A stretch of 64,000 nt of DNA, from assembly GCF_030013595.1 (NCBI RefSeq), contig NZ_CP122768.1. One strand, 5' to 3'. This DNA is from Escherichia coli. GTDB lineage: Bacteria; Pseudomonadota; Gammaproteobacteria; Enterobacterales; Enterobacteriaceae. Below, piece by piece: positions 9,148 through 16,613 of this stretch (within the stretch, counting starts at the first letter, position 1; every line of letters begins with the position of its first letter). Both the position numbers and the translations under genes were made by a program. The notes below the pieces were generated by a model. That model was not told where the DNA came from, did no database searches, and was given only the letters and a program-made list of their open reading frames with translations.

Positions 9148-9639
9148 CTACAGATTGCCGTTAAGTTTTCTGGACAACTCCTCAATGGATGGAGGCGATA
9201 CGTAATCCGGATTTTTATTCATCAGAAACTTATTTTCACAGTGGAGGCACCTGCTTTTATGAAAAAGCTCATCTTCGCTAACCGGGAATGGTTGAAGTAT
9301 CGATACTATCTTTTGTCCAAAACATTTTGGGCAAAGATGCATGGTTATGCTGCCACCGTTCACGATTACCTCCTTCGAGTATACAAAAGTACCCGACTCA
9401 AGTTGGTTAAGGATATAGCCTTCCGTCTGAGCCTCAAAGTTTTCGAATTCTGCAATTTTAGCTTTGAGAGAAGCATTTATTTCTTGATAAGAGCCCACCA
9501 GTTCAACGAGAGACACGCATTCGCGCTGAATAGACGCAAGCTTTGAGTTCAGCTCACCAATAGCCGCATTTACTTCAGCTTGAGTTTTTGCCTCGTTCAT
9601 TAGTTTTGCAATCTGGGCTGTTTCACGAATAGCCGTCAT
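9148..9639 (-). CDS. Hypothetical coiled-coil / C4 zinc-ribbon protein (moron between cI and early-left operon)
   Basis: 163 aa from Met at 9639; N-terminal coiled-coil-like region, C-terminal CPKC...(26)...CLHC; opposite to pL transcription; AT-rich; ORF track extends implausibly to 9927. Confidence 0.5.
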   Translation of the reverse strand: MTAIRETAQIAKLMNEAKTQAEVNAAIGELNSKLASIQRECVSLVELVGSYQEINASLKAKIAEFENFEAQTEGYILNQLESGTFVYSKEVIVNGGSITMHLCPKCFGQKIVSILQPFPVSEDELFHKSRCLHCENKFLMNKNPDYVSPPSIEELSRKLNGNL

Positions 9640-9949
9640 TGCTGCCGTTAATTCAGCGATCACATTGAATACTCTTATTGTTGTTGGGGATATCCAGATT
9701 AACCGAATCCTTGTTGTTGGGGAATAACCAGGTCCACCTCGCCTGATGTGGCTAAAAGCAGGCACATAACAGCTAAGTATTTTCAACCAGAGAGAATCCT
9801 TAGCGTTGTGGTGAATGCGGCTCAGCGCACGCGGGTTAAGGTTGAGGCTGACAGTCGACCTTCTGTGGATACCCACCCGCCTGGTGTGCAACCTTCGCCA
9901 GGCACCGGGAGGCACCCGGCACCACAACTTTATGCTGTGTGTAGTCCTG

Positions 9950-9996
9950 GCGGTACCAGTTTGTACCCTTGCTTCCGGCTGGTACCGTCCTTTTTT
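9950..9996 (+). terminator. Rho-independent terminator in GC-rich non-coding region
   Basis: cggtaccag ... ctggtaccg 9-bp stem followed by tcctttttt. Confidence 0.5.
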
Positions 9997-9997
9997 G

Positions 9998-10084
9998 CAA
10001 AACAGAGAAGAGCATCACCGGACGACGGGCTCATAACCCAATCCATCCGGGCGGCTGCCACCGCAGGTGTTCTTCTCTGTTTTG
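9998..10084. repeat. Long imperfect inverted repeat / RNA stem
   Basis: caaaacagagaagagca and tgttcttctctgttttg (17 bp, one mismatch) flanking ~53 bp of GC-rich sequence. Confidence 0.4.
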
Positions 10085-10133
10085 TGGAGAAACCAACCGA
10101 CCTTGCAGGGTCGATATGATGAGGAGCAGCAAA

Positions 10134-10496
10134 ATGGCTAGCGAACGCAGTACTGATGTGCAGGCATTTATCGGGGAGCTGGACGGCGGCGTATTTGAAA
10201 CCAAAATCGGCGCAGTTCTCAGTGAGGTCGCTTCCGGTGTGATGAACACGAAAACCAAAGGGAAGGTCTCACTCAATCTGGAAATCGAACCGTTTGATGA
10301 GAACCGTGTGAAAATCAAACACAAACTCTCATATGTTCGCCCAACTAACCGCGGGAAAATTTCCGAAGAAGACACCACCGAAACGCCGATGTATGTCAAT
10401 CGCGGTGGTCGCCTGACTATTCTGCAGGAAGACCAGGGACAATTACTGACTCTTGCCGGTGAACCTGACGGAAAACTCCGCGCAGCAGGTCGTTAA
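10134..10496 (+). CDS. YfdP-like prophage protein
   Basis: 120 aa; GAGGAG SD 7 nt upstream of ATG; first gene of the early-left operon, gene order as in CPS-53 yfdPQRST. Confidence 0.6.
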   Translation: MASERSTDVQAFIGELDGGVFETKIGAVLSEVASGVMNTKTKGKVSLNLEIEPFDENRVKIKHKLSYVRPTNRGKISEEDTTETPMYVNRGGRLTILQEDQGQLLTLAGEPDGKLRAAGR

Positions 10497-10561
10497 TATC
10501 GTTCGTAATAAACTGATTATTTATCTCATCACTGAATATCTTTATATAGTGAGGACTTATT

Positions 10562-11386
10562 ATGTCTCAGAACTTAGACGCAACCGCAATTAATCAAATC
10601 CATGCCCTTATTTCTGCTCAGAGTGTTAATGAAATTATCAGTAAGATTGGTGCCGATGCTGTGGCATTGCCTGAGAATTTCCGCATTCATGATCTGGAAA
10701 AATTTAATTTAAATCGCTTCCGTTTCCGTGGTGCACTTTCCACTGCCAGCATCGATGATTTTACCCGTTATTCTAAAGATCTTGCAGATGAAGGCACCCG
10801 CTGCTTTATCGATGCCGATAATATGCGTGCCGTCAGTGTGCTTAACCTGGGTACTATTGATGAGCCAGGTCACGCAGATAACACTGCCACTCTCAAACTG
10901 AAAAAGACAGCACCGTTCTCTGCTCTGTTGTCTGTTAACGGCGAGCGTAACTCCCAGAAGTCACTGGCAGAATGGATCGAAGACTGGGCCGACTACCTTG
11001 TGGGCTTTGATGCTAATGGTGACGCCATTCAAGCAACAAAAGCGGCTGCGGCAGTCCGTAAAATCACGATTGAAGCAAACCATACCGCTGATTTTGAAGA
11101 TAATGACTTCAGCGGCAAACGCTCCCTGATGGAGTCTGTCGAAGCGAAGACCAAAGACATTATGCCAGTGGCATTTGAATTTAAATGCGTTCCGTTTGAA
11201 GGTCTGAAAGAACGTCCGTTTAAATTACGCCTCAGCATTATCACTGGCGATCGTCCTGTACTGGTTCTGCGCATTATTCAGCTGGAAGCGGTGCAGGAAG
11301 AAATGGCTAACGAATTTCGTGATCTGCTTGTTGAGAAATTCAAAGACAGCAAAGTAGAAACCTTTATTGGTACTTTCACCGCCTGA
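10562..11386 (+). CDS. yfdQ: YfdQ family protein (DUF2303)
   Basis: 274 aa, same length and position as CPS-53 YfdQ; TGAGGA SD. Confidence 0.7.
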   Translation: MSQNLDATAINQIHALISAQSVNEIISKIGADAVALPENFRIHDLEKFNLNRFRFRGALSTASIDDFTRYSKDLADEGTRCFIDADNMRAVSVLNLGTIDEPGHADNTATLKLKKTAPFSALLSVNGERNSQKSLAEWIEDWADYLVGFDANGDAIQATKAAAAVRKITIEANHTADFEDNDFSGKRSLMESVEAKTKDIMPVAFEFKCVPFEGLKERPFKLRLSIITGDRPVLVLRIIQLEAVQEEMANEFRDLLVEKFKDSKVETFIGTFTA

Positions 11387-11397
11387 TTTCATTACTG

Positions 11398-11420
11398 CAA
11401 ATGCCCCTGCGGGGGCATTT
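11398..11420 (+). terminator. Stable stem-loop between yfdQ and yfdR (possible attenuator)
   Basis: aatgcccc-tgcg-ggggcatt perfect 8-bp stem; weak T tract. Confidence 0.35.
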
Positions 11421-11513
11421 ATGGAAACGTAATTAACTCAATAATCACCGGATGGTGAGGGCTTCCTTTTACCAGAATTCAGCGCGGTGCAGTGCATATA
11501 CGTGGAGAACAAA

Positions 11514-12050
11514 ATGTCATTTATTAAAACTTTTTCCGGGAAGCATTTTTATTATGACAAGATAAATAAAGACGACATCGATATTAACGATATCGCGGTT
11601 TCCCTTTCAAATATCTGTCGCTTTGCCGGTCATCTTTCGCACTTCTACAGCGTCGCCCAACATGCGGTTCTTTGCAGCCAGCTGGTGCCGCAGGAATTTG
11701 CTTTTGAAGCGTTAATGCATGATGCAACAGAAGCGTATTGCCAGGACATTCCCGCACCACTGAAACGCCTTCTTCCTGACTATAAACGGATGGAAGAAAA
11801 AATAGACGCCGTAATCCGTGAGAAATACGGGTTACCCCCAGTTATGAGTACACCCGTGAAATATGCCGATCTCATCATGCTGGCAACCGAACGCCGCGAT
11901 CTCGGGCTTGATGATGGCTCTTTCTGGCCTGTACTGGAAGGCATCCCGGCAACAGAGATGTTCAACGTGATTCCACTGGCACCGGGTCATGCCTACGGGA
12001 TGTTTATGGAACGTTTTAACGATTTATCGGAGTTACGCAAATGCGCATGA
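11514..12050 (+). CDS. yfdR: HD-domain 5'-deoxynucleotidase YfdR-like
   Basis: 178 aa from MSFIKTF; HD-family residues (...QHAVLCSQ..., ...HDATEAY...); ORF track start at 11487 is an upstream extension. Confidence 0.7.
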   Translation: MSFIKTFSGKHFYYDKINKDDIDINDIAVSLSNICRFAGHLSHFYSVAQHAVLCSQLVPQEFAFEALMHDATEAYCQDIPAPLKRLLPDYKRMEEKIDAVIREKYGLPPVMSTPVKYADLIMLATERRDLGLDDGSFWPVLEGIPATEMFNVIPLAPGHAYGMFMERFNDLSELRKCA

Positions 12051-12403
12051 ATGTTTTCGAAATGGAAGGGTTTCTTCGCGGGAAATGTGTACCGCGAGAT
12101 CTGAAAGTGAACGAAACAAATGCTGAGTACCTGTTACGTAAATTCGACGCGCTTGAAGCTAAATGTGCGGCACTGGAAAACAAAATAATACCAGTGTCAG
12201 CTGAACTGCCACCAGCAAATGAAAGTGTTCTGTTATTTGATGCTAACGGAGAAGGCTGGCTGATTGGCTGGCGTTCTCTCTGGTACACCTGGGGACAAAA
12301 AGAAACCGGAGAATGGCAGTGGACATTTCAGGTCGGGGACCTTGAAAACGTCAATATCACTCACTGGGCAGTAATGCCAAAAGCACCGGAGGCTGGAGCA
12401 TAA
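12041..12403 (+). CDS. yfdS: YfdS-like prophage protein (DUF551)
   Basis: 120 aa, follows yfdR as in CPS-53. Confidence 0.65.
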   Translation: MRMNVFEMEGFLRGKCVPRDLKVNETNAEYLLRKFDALEAKCAALENKIIPVSAELPPANESVLLFDANGEGWLIGWRSLWYTWGQKETGEWQWTFQVGDLENVNITHWAVMPKAPEAGA

Positions 12404-12708
12404 TGACCACATTTACCAATAAAGAACTGATTAAAGAAATCAAAGAACGAATCAGCAGCCTAGAGGTTCGAGACGATATTGAGCGCCGTGCTTATGAAAT
12501 CGCACTCGTATCTCTGGAAGTAGAGCCAGATGAACGCGAAGCCTATGAATTATTCATGGAAAAGCGTTTCGGTGACTTAGTAGATCGTCGGAGAGTAAAA
12601 AACGGCGATAACGAATACATGGCATGGGATATGACTCTCGGTTGGATCGTCTGGCAGCAACGAGCTGGTATCCATTTTTCAACAATGACACAGCAAGAGG
12701 TGAAATAA
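12403..12708 (+). CDS. yfdT: YfdT-like prophage protein
   Basis: 101 aa, coupled to yfdS (ATGA-type overlap). Confidence 0.65.
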   Translation: MTTFTNKELIKEIKERISSLEVRDDIERRAYEIALVSLEVEPDEREAYELFMEKRFGDLVDRRRVKNGDNEYMAWDMTLGWIVWQQRAGIHFSTMTQQEVK

Positions 12709-13079
12709 TGGAGCCATACAGCCTCACACTCGATGAGGCCTGTCAGTTTCTTAAGATATCCAGACCAACCGCCACCAACTGGATACGAACAGGCCGCCTA
12801 CAGGCAACACGTAAAGATCCAACCAAGCCAAAATCTCCTTACCTCACAACACGGCAAGCTTGCATTGCGGCGCTTCAGTCTCCGCTGCATACTGTCCAGG
12901 TGAGCGCGGGTGATGGCATAACAGAGGAAAGAAAATGTCACTCTTCCGCAGAAATGAAATATGGTATGCCTCGTATTCGCTCCCGGGCGGGAAACGAATT
13001 AAGGAATCTCTTGGCACAAAGGACAAGCGGCAAGCTCAGGAGTTGCACGACAAGCGAAAAGCAGAACTCTGGCGAGTAG
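12708..13079 (+). CDS. Putative excisionase (AlpA/Xis-like HTH); 3' end uncertain, frame overlaps int
   Basis: Starts TAATG-coupled to yfdT; N-terminal HTH-like segment [28 protein letters not shown]; frame stays open to 13079. Confidence 0.45.
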   Translation: MEPYSLTLDEACQFLKISRPTATNWIRTGRLQATRKDPTKPKSPYLTTRQACIAALQSPLHTVQVSAGDGITEERKCHSSAEMKYGMPRIRSRAGNELRNLLAQRTSGKLRSCTTSEKQNSGE

Positions 13080-14098
13080 AAAAGCTAGGGGATTTACCTG
13101 ATGTCACTTTTGAAGAGGCCTGCCTAAGATGGCTTGAGGAAAAAGCTGATAAAAAATCTCTCGATTCAGATAAAAGCCGGATTGAGTTCTGGCTTGAACA
13201 TTTTGAGGGTATAAGGCTTAAAGATATCTCGGAGGCAAAGATTTACTCTGCTGTAAGCAGAATGCATAACAGAAAGACGAAAGAAATATGGAAACAGAAA
13301 GTTCAGGCCGCCATCAGGAAAGGTAAAGAACCGCCTGTTTATGAACCAAAGCCAGTATCAACTCAGACAAAGGCAAAGCATCTTGCCATGATAAAGGCCA
13401 TTCTCCGTGCTGCAGAACGCGACTGGAAGTGGCTGGAAAAAGCGCCTGTCATCAAGATACCAGCGGTCAGAAACAAGCGAGTCAGATGGCTGGAAAAGGA
13501 GGAAGCAAAACGCCTTATTGATGAGTGCCCCGAACCACTGAAATCTGTCGTCAAGTTTGCGCTGGCAACTGGTCTGAGAAAGTCGAACATCATAAATCTG
13601 GAATGGCAACAAATCGACATGCAGCGACGAGTTGCCTGGGTGAATCCAGAAGAGAGCAAATCAAACCGCGCCATTGGTGTGGCGCTGAACGATACCGCCT
13701 GTAAAGTGTTGCGTGATCAAATAGGCAAGCATCACAAATGGGTGTTTGTACATACCAAGGCGGCTAAGCGAGCAGATGGAACATCAACGCCTGCGGTCAG
13801 GAAGATGCGCATCGACAGCAAGACATCATGGCTATCAGCTTGTCGTCGTGCAGGAATTGAAGATTTCCGTTTCCATGACCTCAGACACACCTGGGCAAGC
13901 TGGCTGATCCAGTCAGGCGTCCCATTATCTGTGCTTCAGGAAATGGGCGGATGGGAGTCCATAGAAATGGTTCGTAGGTATGCTCACCTTGCGCCTAATC
14001 ATTTGACAGAGCATGCAAGGAAAATAGACGACATTTTTGGTGATAATGTCCCAAATATGTCCCACTGTGGAATTATGGAGGATATAAAGAAGGCGTAA
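12935..14098 (+). CDS. intD: Tyrosine integrase (IntD-like), adjacent to argU
   Basis: 387 aa; C-terminal catalytic region ...[17 protein letters not shown]...VRRYAHL; ends 16 bp from the tRNA 3' end. Confidence 0.85.
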   Translation: MSLFRRNEIWYASYSLPGGKRIKESLGTKDKRQAQELHDKRKAELWRVEKLGDLPDVTFEEACLRWLEEKADKKSLDSDKSRIEFWLEHFEGIRLKDISEAKIYSAVSRMHNRKTKEIWKQKVQAAIRKGKEPPVYEPKPVSTQTKAKHLAMIKAILRAAERDWKWLEKAPVIKIPAVRNKRVRWLEKEEAKRLIDECPEPLKSVVKFALATGLRKSNIINLEWQQIDMQRRVAWVNPEESKSNRAIGVALNDTACKVLRDQIGKHHKWVFVHTKAAKRADGTSTPAVRKMRIDSKTSWLSACRRAGIEDFRFHDLRHTWASWLIQSGVPLSVLQEMGGWESIEMVRRYAHLAPNHLTEHARKIDDIFGDNVPNMSHCGIMEDIKKA

Positions 14099-14113
14099 CT
14101 GATTGAATTGTAA

Positions 14114-14190
14114 TGGCGCGCCCTGCAGGATTCGAACCTGCGGCCCACGACTTAGAAGGTCGTTGCTCTATCCAACTGAGCTAAGGGCGC
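14114..14190 (-). tRNA. argU: tRNA-Arg (anticodon UCU), argU
   Basis: Reverse complement GCGCCCTTAGCTCAGTTGGATAGAGCAACGACCTTCTAAGTCGTGGGCCGCAGGTTCGAATCCTGCAGGGCGCGCCA, 77 nt, cloverleaf-compatible. Confidence 0.95.
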
Positions 14191-14432
14191 GTTGATACCG
14201 CAATGCGGTGTAATCGCGTGAATTATACGGTCAACCCTTGCTGAGTCAATGGCTTTTGATCTGGTTGCTGAACAAGTGAACGACCGCGTCTGATTTTCTG
14301 ATTTATTTCGCTATAGCGGCAAACAAACGTACATCGCTGCGCGTCTGAATCAAGAAAACTCGTATTTTCATGTATCAAAGTACAATTTCCCGCCCTAACG
14401 GAAAATTGTCCGATCCAATGAGACTGGTAACT

Positions 14433-15065
14433 ATGAAACCAACGTCGGTGATCATTATGGATACTCATCCTATCATCAGAATGTCTATTGAAGTTCTGTT
14501 GCAAAAAAACAATGAATTGCAAATTGTCCTGAAAACGGATGATTATCGCATAACCATCGATTATCTCCGAACCCGTCCTGTTGATTTAATCATTATGGAT
14601 ATAGACTTGCCCGGAACAGACGGTTTTACCTTCCTGAAAAGGATCAAACAAATCCAGAGCACAGTGAAAGTATTATTTTTATCATCGAAATCAGAATGCT
14701 TTTATGCTGGCAGAGCGATACAAGCTGGTGCTAACGGTTTTGTCAGTAAATGCAATGATCAGAATGATATTTTTCACGCCGTTCAGATGATCCTCTCCGG
14801 ATACACTTTTTTTCCCAGCGAAACGCTCAACTATATAAAAAGCAATAAATGCAGTACGAATAGTTCAACGGTCACGGTGCTATCTAATCGTGAAGTGACC
14901 ATATTACGTTATCTGGTTAGCGGATTATCCAATAAAGAAATTGCCGATAAGTTATTACTTAGCAATAAAACAGTTAGTGCGCATAAATCTAATATTTATG
15001 GCAAGCTAGGTTTGCATTCAATTGTAGAGCTTATCGACTACGCCAAATTATATGAATTAATATAA
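14433..15065 (+). CDS. fimZ: Fimbrial response regulator FimZ (LuxR-type)
   Basis: 210 aa from MKPTSVIIMDTHPI; receiver domain plus C-terminal LuxR HTH. Confidence 0.9.
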   Translation: MKPTSVIIMDTHPIIRMSIEVLLQKNNELQIVLKTDDYRITIDYLRTRPVDLIIMDIDLPGTDGFTFLKRIKQIQSTVKVLFLSSKSECFYAGRAIQAGANGFVSKCNDQNDIFHAVQMILSGYTFFPSETLNYIKSNKCSTNSSTVTVLSNREVTILRYLVSGLSNKEIADKLLLSNKTVSAHKSNIYGKLGLHSIVELIDYAKLYELI

Positions 15066-15067
15066 TA

Positions 15068-15583
15068 TTAATTGTAATTGATCATAAATATCGCATCCGC
15101 TTTCGCCACACCTGGCTGAACACCGCTGGCTAACGCTCGATAATTGGCAAAAAAGTTTAGTGTGACATTGCCATTTGCATCTACTTCCTCAGTCGGACTC
15201 GCCTCCCCCAGTGCGAGCCGGGAGCGATCGCTATTACGTAATTCGATGGCGACGGTTTGTGCCATTGCGGGATCATCCAGAGCCAGCAGGTTGGCATCAG
15301 ATGCCGGCGTTCCCGTAAATAAAATCGCAACTGAACCCGGAGGACATCCCTCCAGCCGCAGGCTAAAAGGGACGAGTGCCGTGGTATCGCCAGCGCTCAG
15401 TAATTGTGTCGTAGGCCATCTGCCTAAATCTACCGTCTTATCCTTATCCGCTGTGTTTACGGTACAGGAGAAATCAACAACGTTACCGTGCAAATTGATA
15501 TTAATCGTTCCTAAAGGGTCAACTGCCCATCCACTGGAACTCCACAGTAGCCCGCAGAAACAGCTAAAGAGTACTCTTCTCAT
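15068..15583 (-). CDS. sfmF: Fimbrial minor subunit SfmF
   Basis: 171 aa from MRRVLFSCF; fimbrial subunit fold; ORF track upstream extension ignored. Confidence 0.85.
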   Translation of the reverse strand: MRRVLFSCFCGLLWSSSGWAVDPLGTININLHGNVVDFSCTVNTADKDKTVDLGRWPTTQLLSAGDTTALVPFSLRLEGCPPGSVAILFTGTPASDANLLALDDPAMAQTVAIELRNSDRSRLALGEASPTEEVDANGNVTLNFFANYRALASGVQPGVAKADAIFMINYN

Positions 15584-15593
15584 TCTCCGTACC

Positions 15594-16601
15594 TCATTGA
15601 TAATCGACGCGTAAATACCCCAGCGCGCTAAACGGCCCTTCGGTCGGTTTTTGACCGGTAATACTGATAGGCCAGGCGCGAAGTGTGACATTGGCTGCCG
15701 CAGCTGCATCCAGACGGAAAGGAATAACGCTATTGAGATCGTTAGGCGTGATCGGCGTATCGTTCTGATCGGCCACAATAAAACCTAAATCCTGATTGTC
15801 CGACACCATCGCCTGACCAGAAACGGCACTGGCTTCCAGACGCATTGTTAAATAAGCCTGCGCAGCAACATTCGTACATTTGATCGCAATGCTCTTGGTT
15901 TGCGGCATGACACCAGCTGGTCGATTCCCCGGCCCTGCCGCACTAAATAACGATGCGCCGATATCACCAAAATCAAATTCAACAATTTGCCCGGCATTTA
16001 ATTCGCAGTTTTGCGGTACTTCAACCCGGCCACCAAAACTAATGGTATAAACAGGTGTAACCAACGGATCGTTAGGCGTTGATGTCACATACACGGTAAA
16101 CATCACCTGTCTGGGGATCTCCACCATGTTAATAAAGGGACGAATAACCTTTAAACGAAATATCAAACGAGAATCCATCACCCCGAACGGAAGGTTTTGC
16201 GAAACGTTAGGATCTGTTCCCATACGGATATAATTTTGCGGGGGAAACTGAATATCCATCACGCTATCAACCAGACTCATCGCACCTAATAGATAATCAT
16301 TTAATTGCATATATTTATAATTATCGATAGTTTCCTGAACAATAAAGTTGGTGACATAACTACGGTATGTATAATTCACCAGCGTGCCGGGTGGACAAAT
16401 TGCTGACACACCTACCCAGCCGGATTTTTCCGGTAAAACAACAATCTGGCCTGGCTGGTTATTGGTGCTATTAAAGACATTTGAGAGATCATAGTGTTCA
16501 TCTTCTGCTACGCCAGTACTATTTGCACAAACAGTAGCCCAGGATATGTTTGCCAGACACAAACATGCCATTGCCAATAATAATCTGCAGATTATCTTCA
16601 T
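15594..16601 (-). CDS. sfmH: Fimbrial adhesin-like subunit SfmH
   Basis: FimH-like two-domain protein with signal peptide; start may be the Met 10 codons downstream. Confidence 0.8.
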   Translation of the reverse strand: MKIICRLLLAMACLCLANISWATVCANSTGVAEDEHYDLSNVFNSTNNQPGQIVVLPEKSGWVGVSAICPPGTLVNYTYRSYVTNFIVQETIDNYKYMQLNDYLLGAMSLVDSVMDIQFPPQNYIRMGTDPNVSQNLPFGVMDSRLIFRLKVIRPFINMVEIPRQVMFTVYVTSTPNDPLVTPVYTISFGGRVEVPQNCELNAGQIVEFDFGDIGASLFSAAGPGNRPAGVMPQTKSIAIKCTNVAAQAYLTMRLEASAVSGQAMVSDNQDLGFIVADQNDTPITPNDLNSVIPFRLDAAAAANVTLRAWPISITGQKPTEGPFSALGYLRVDYQ

Positions 16602-16613
16602 TGATAATTTCCT

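Larger units (their letters stand above)
1..14113. mobile_element. Lambdoid (DLP12-type, mosaic) prophage integrated at tRNA-Arg argU; left arm and part of late region in window, other end beyond position 1
   Basis: Integrase next to argU 3' end, xis, cI/cro pair, replication gene with iterons, nin genes, Q antiterminator, porin moron, holin start at window edge. Confidence 0.8.

Noticed and set aside
9241-9546. 101-aa plus-strand ORF inside the moron region
   Set aside because: Low-complexity F/L/K-rich translation of the antisense strand of an AT-rich gene; the minus-strand frame is far more protein-like.
9660-9740. Direct repeats (ccccaacaacaa x2) upstream of the moron, considered as a ToxI-like antitoxin RNA array or CRISPR-like repeats
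   Set aside because: Only two imperfect copies, with no regular spacer structure or following terminator-toxin arrangement.
9640-9927. N-terminal 96 codons of the ORF-track call 9148..9927 (MWCRVPPGAWRRLHTRRVGIHRR...)
   Set aside because: Arg-rich, compositionally unlike a protein, and overlapping a region with direct repeats and a GC-rich structured segment. Open frame attributed to chance; gene start placed at Met 9639.
9780-10090. Retron msr-msd ncRNA hypothesis for the GC-rich structured element
   Set aside because: No reverse transcriptase ORF adjacent; the flanking genes are the zinc-ribbon moron and the yfdP-like gene. Kept only as a generic structured-RNA candidate.
9748-10119. 123-aa and 73-aa plus-strand ORFs across the GC-rich element
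   Set aside because: Pro/Arg/Gly-rich translations typical of GC-rich non-coding DNA, with no SD; the region contains a terminator hairpin mid-ORF.
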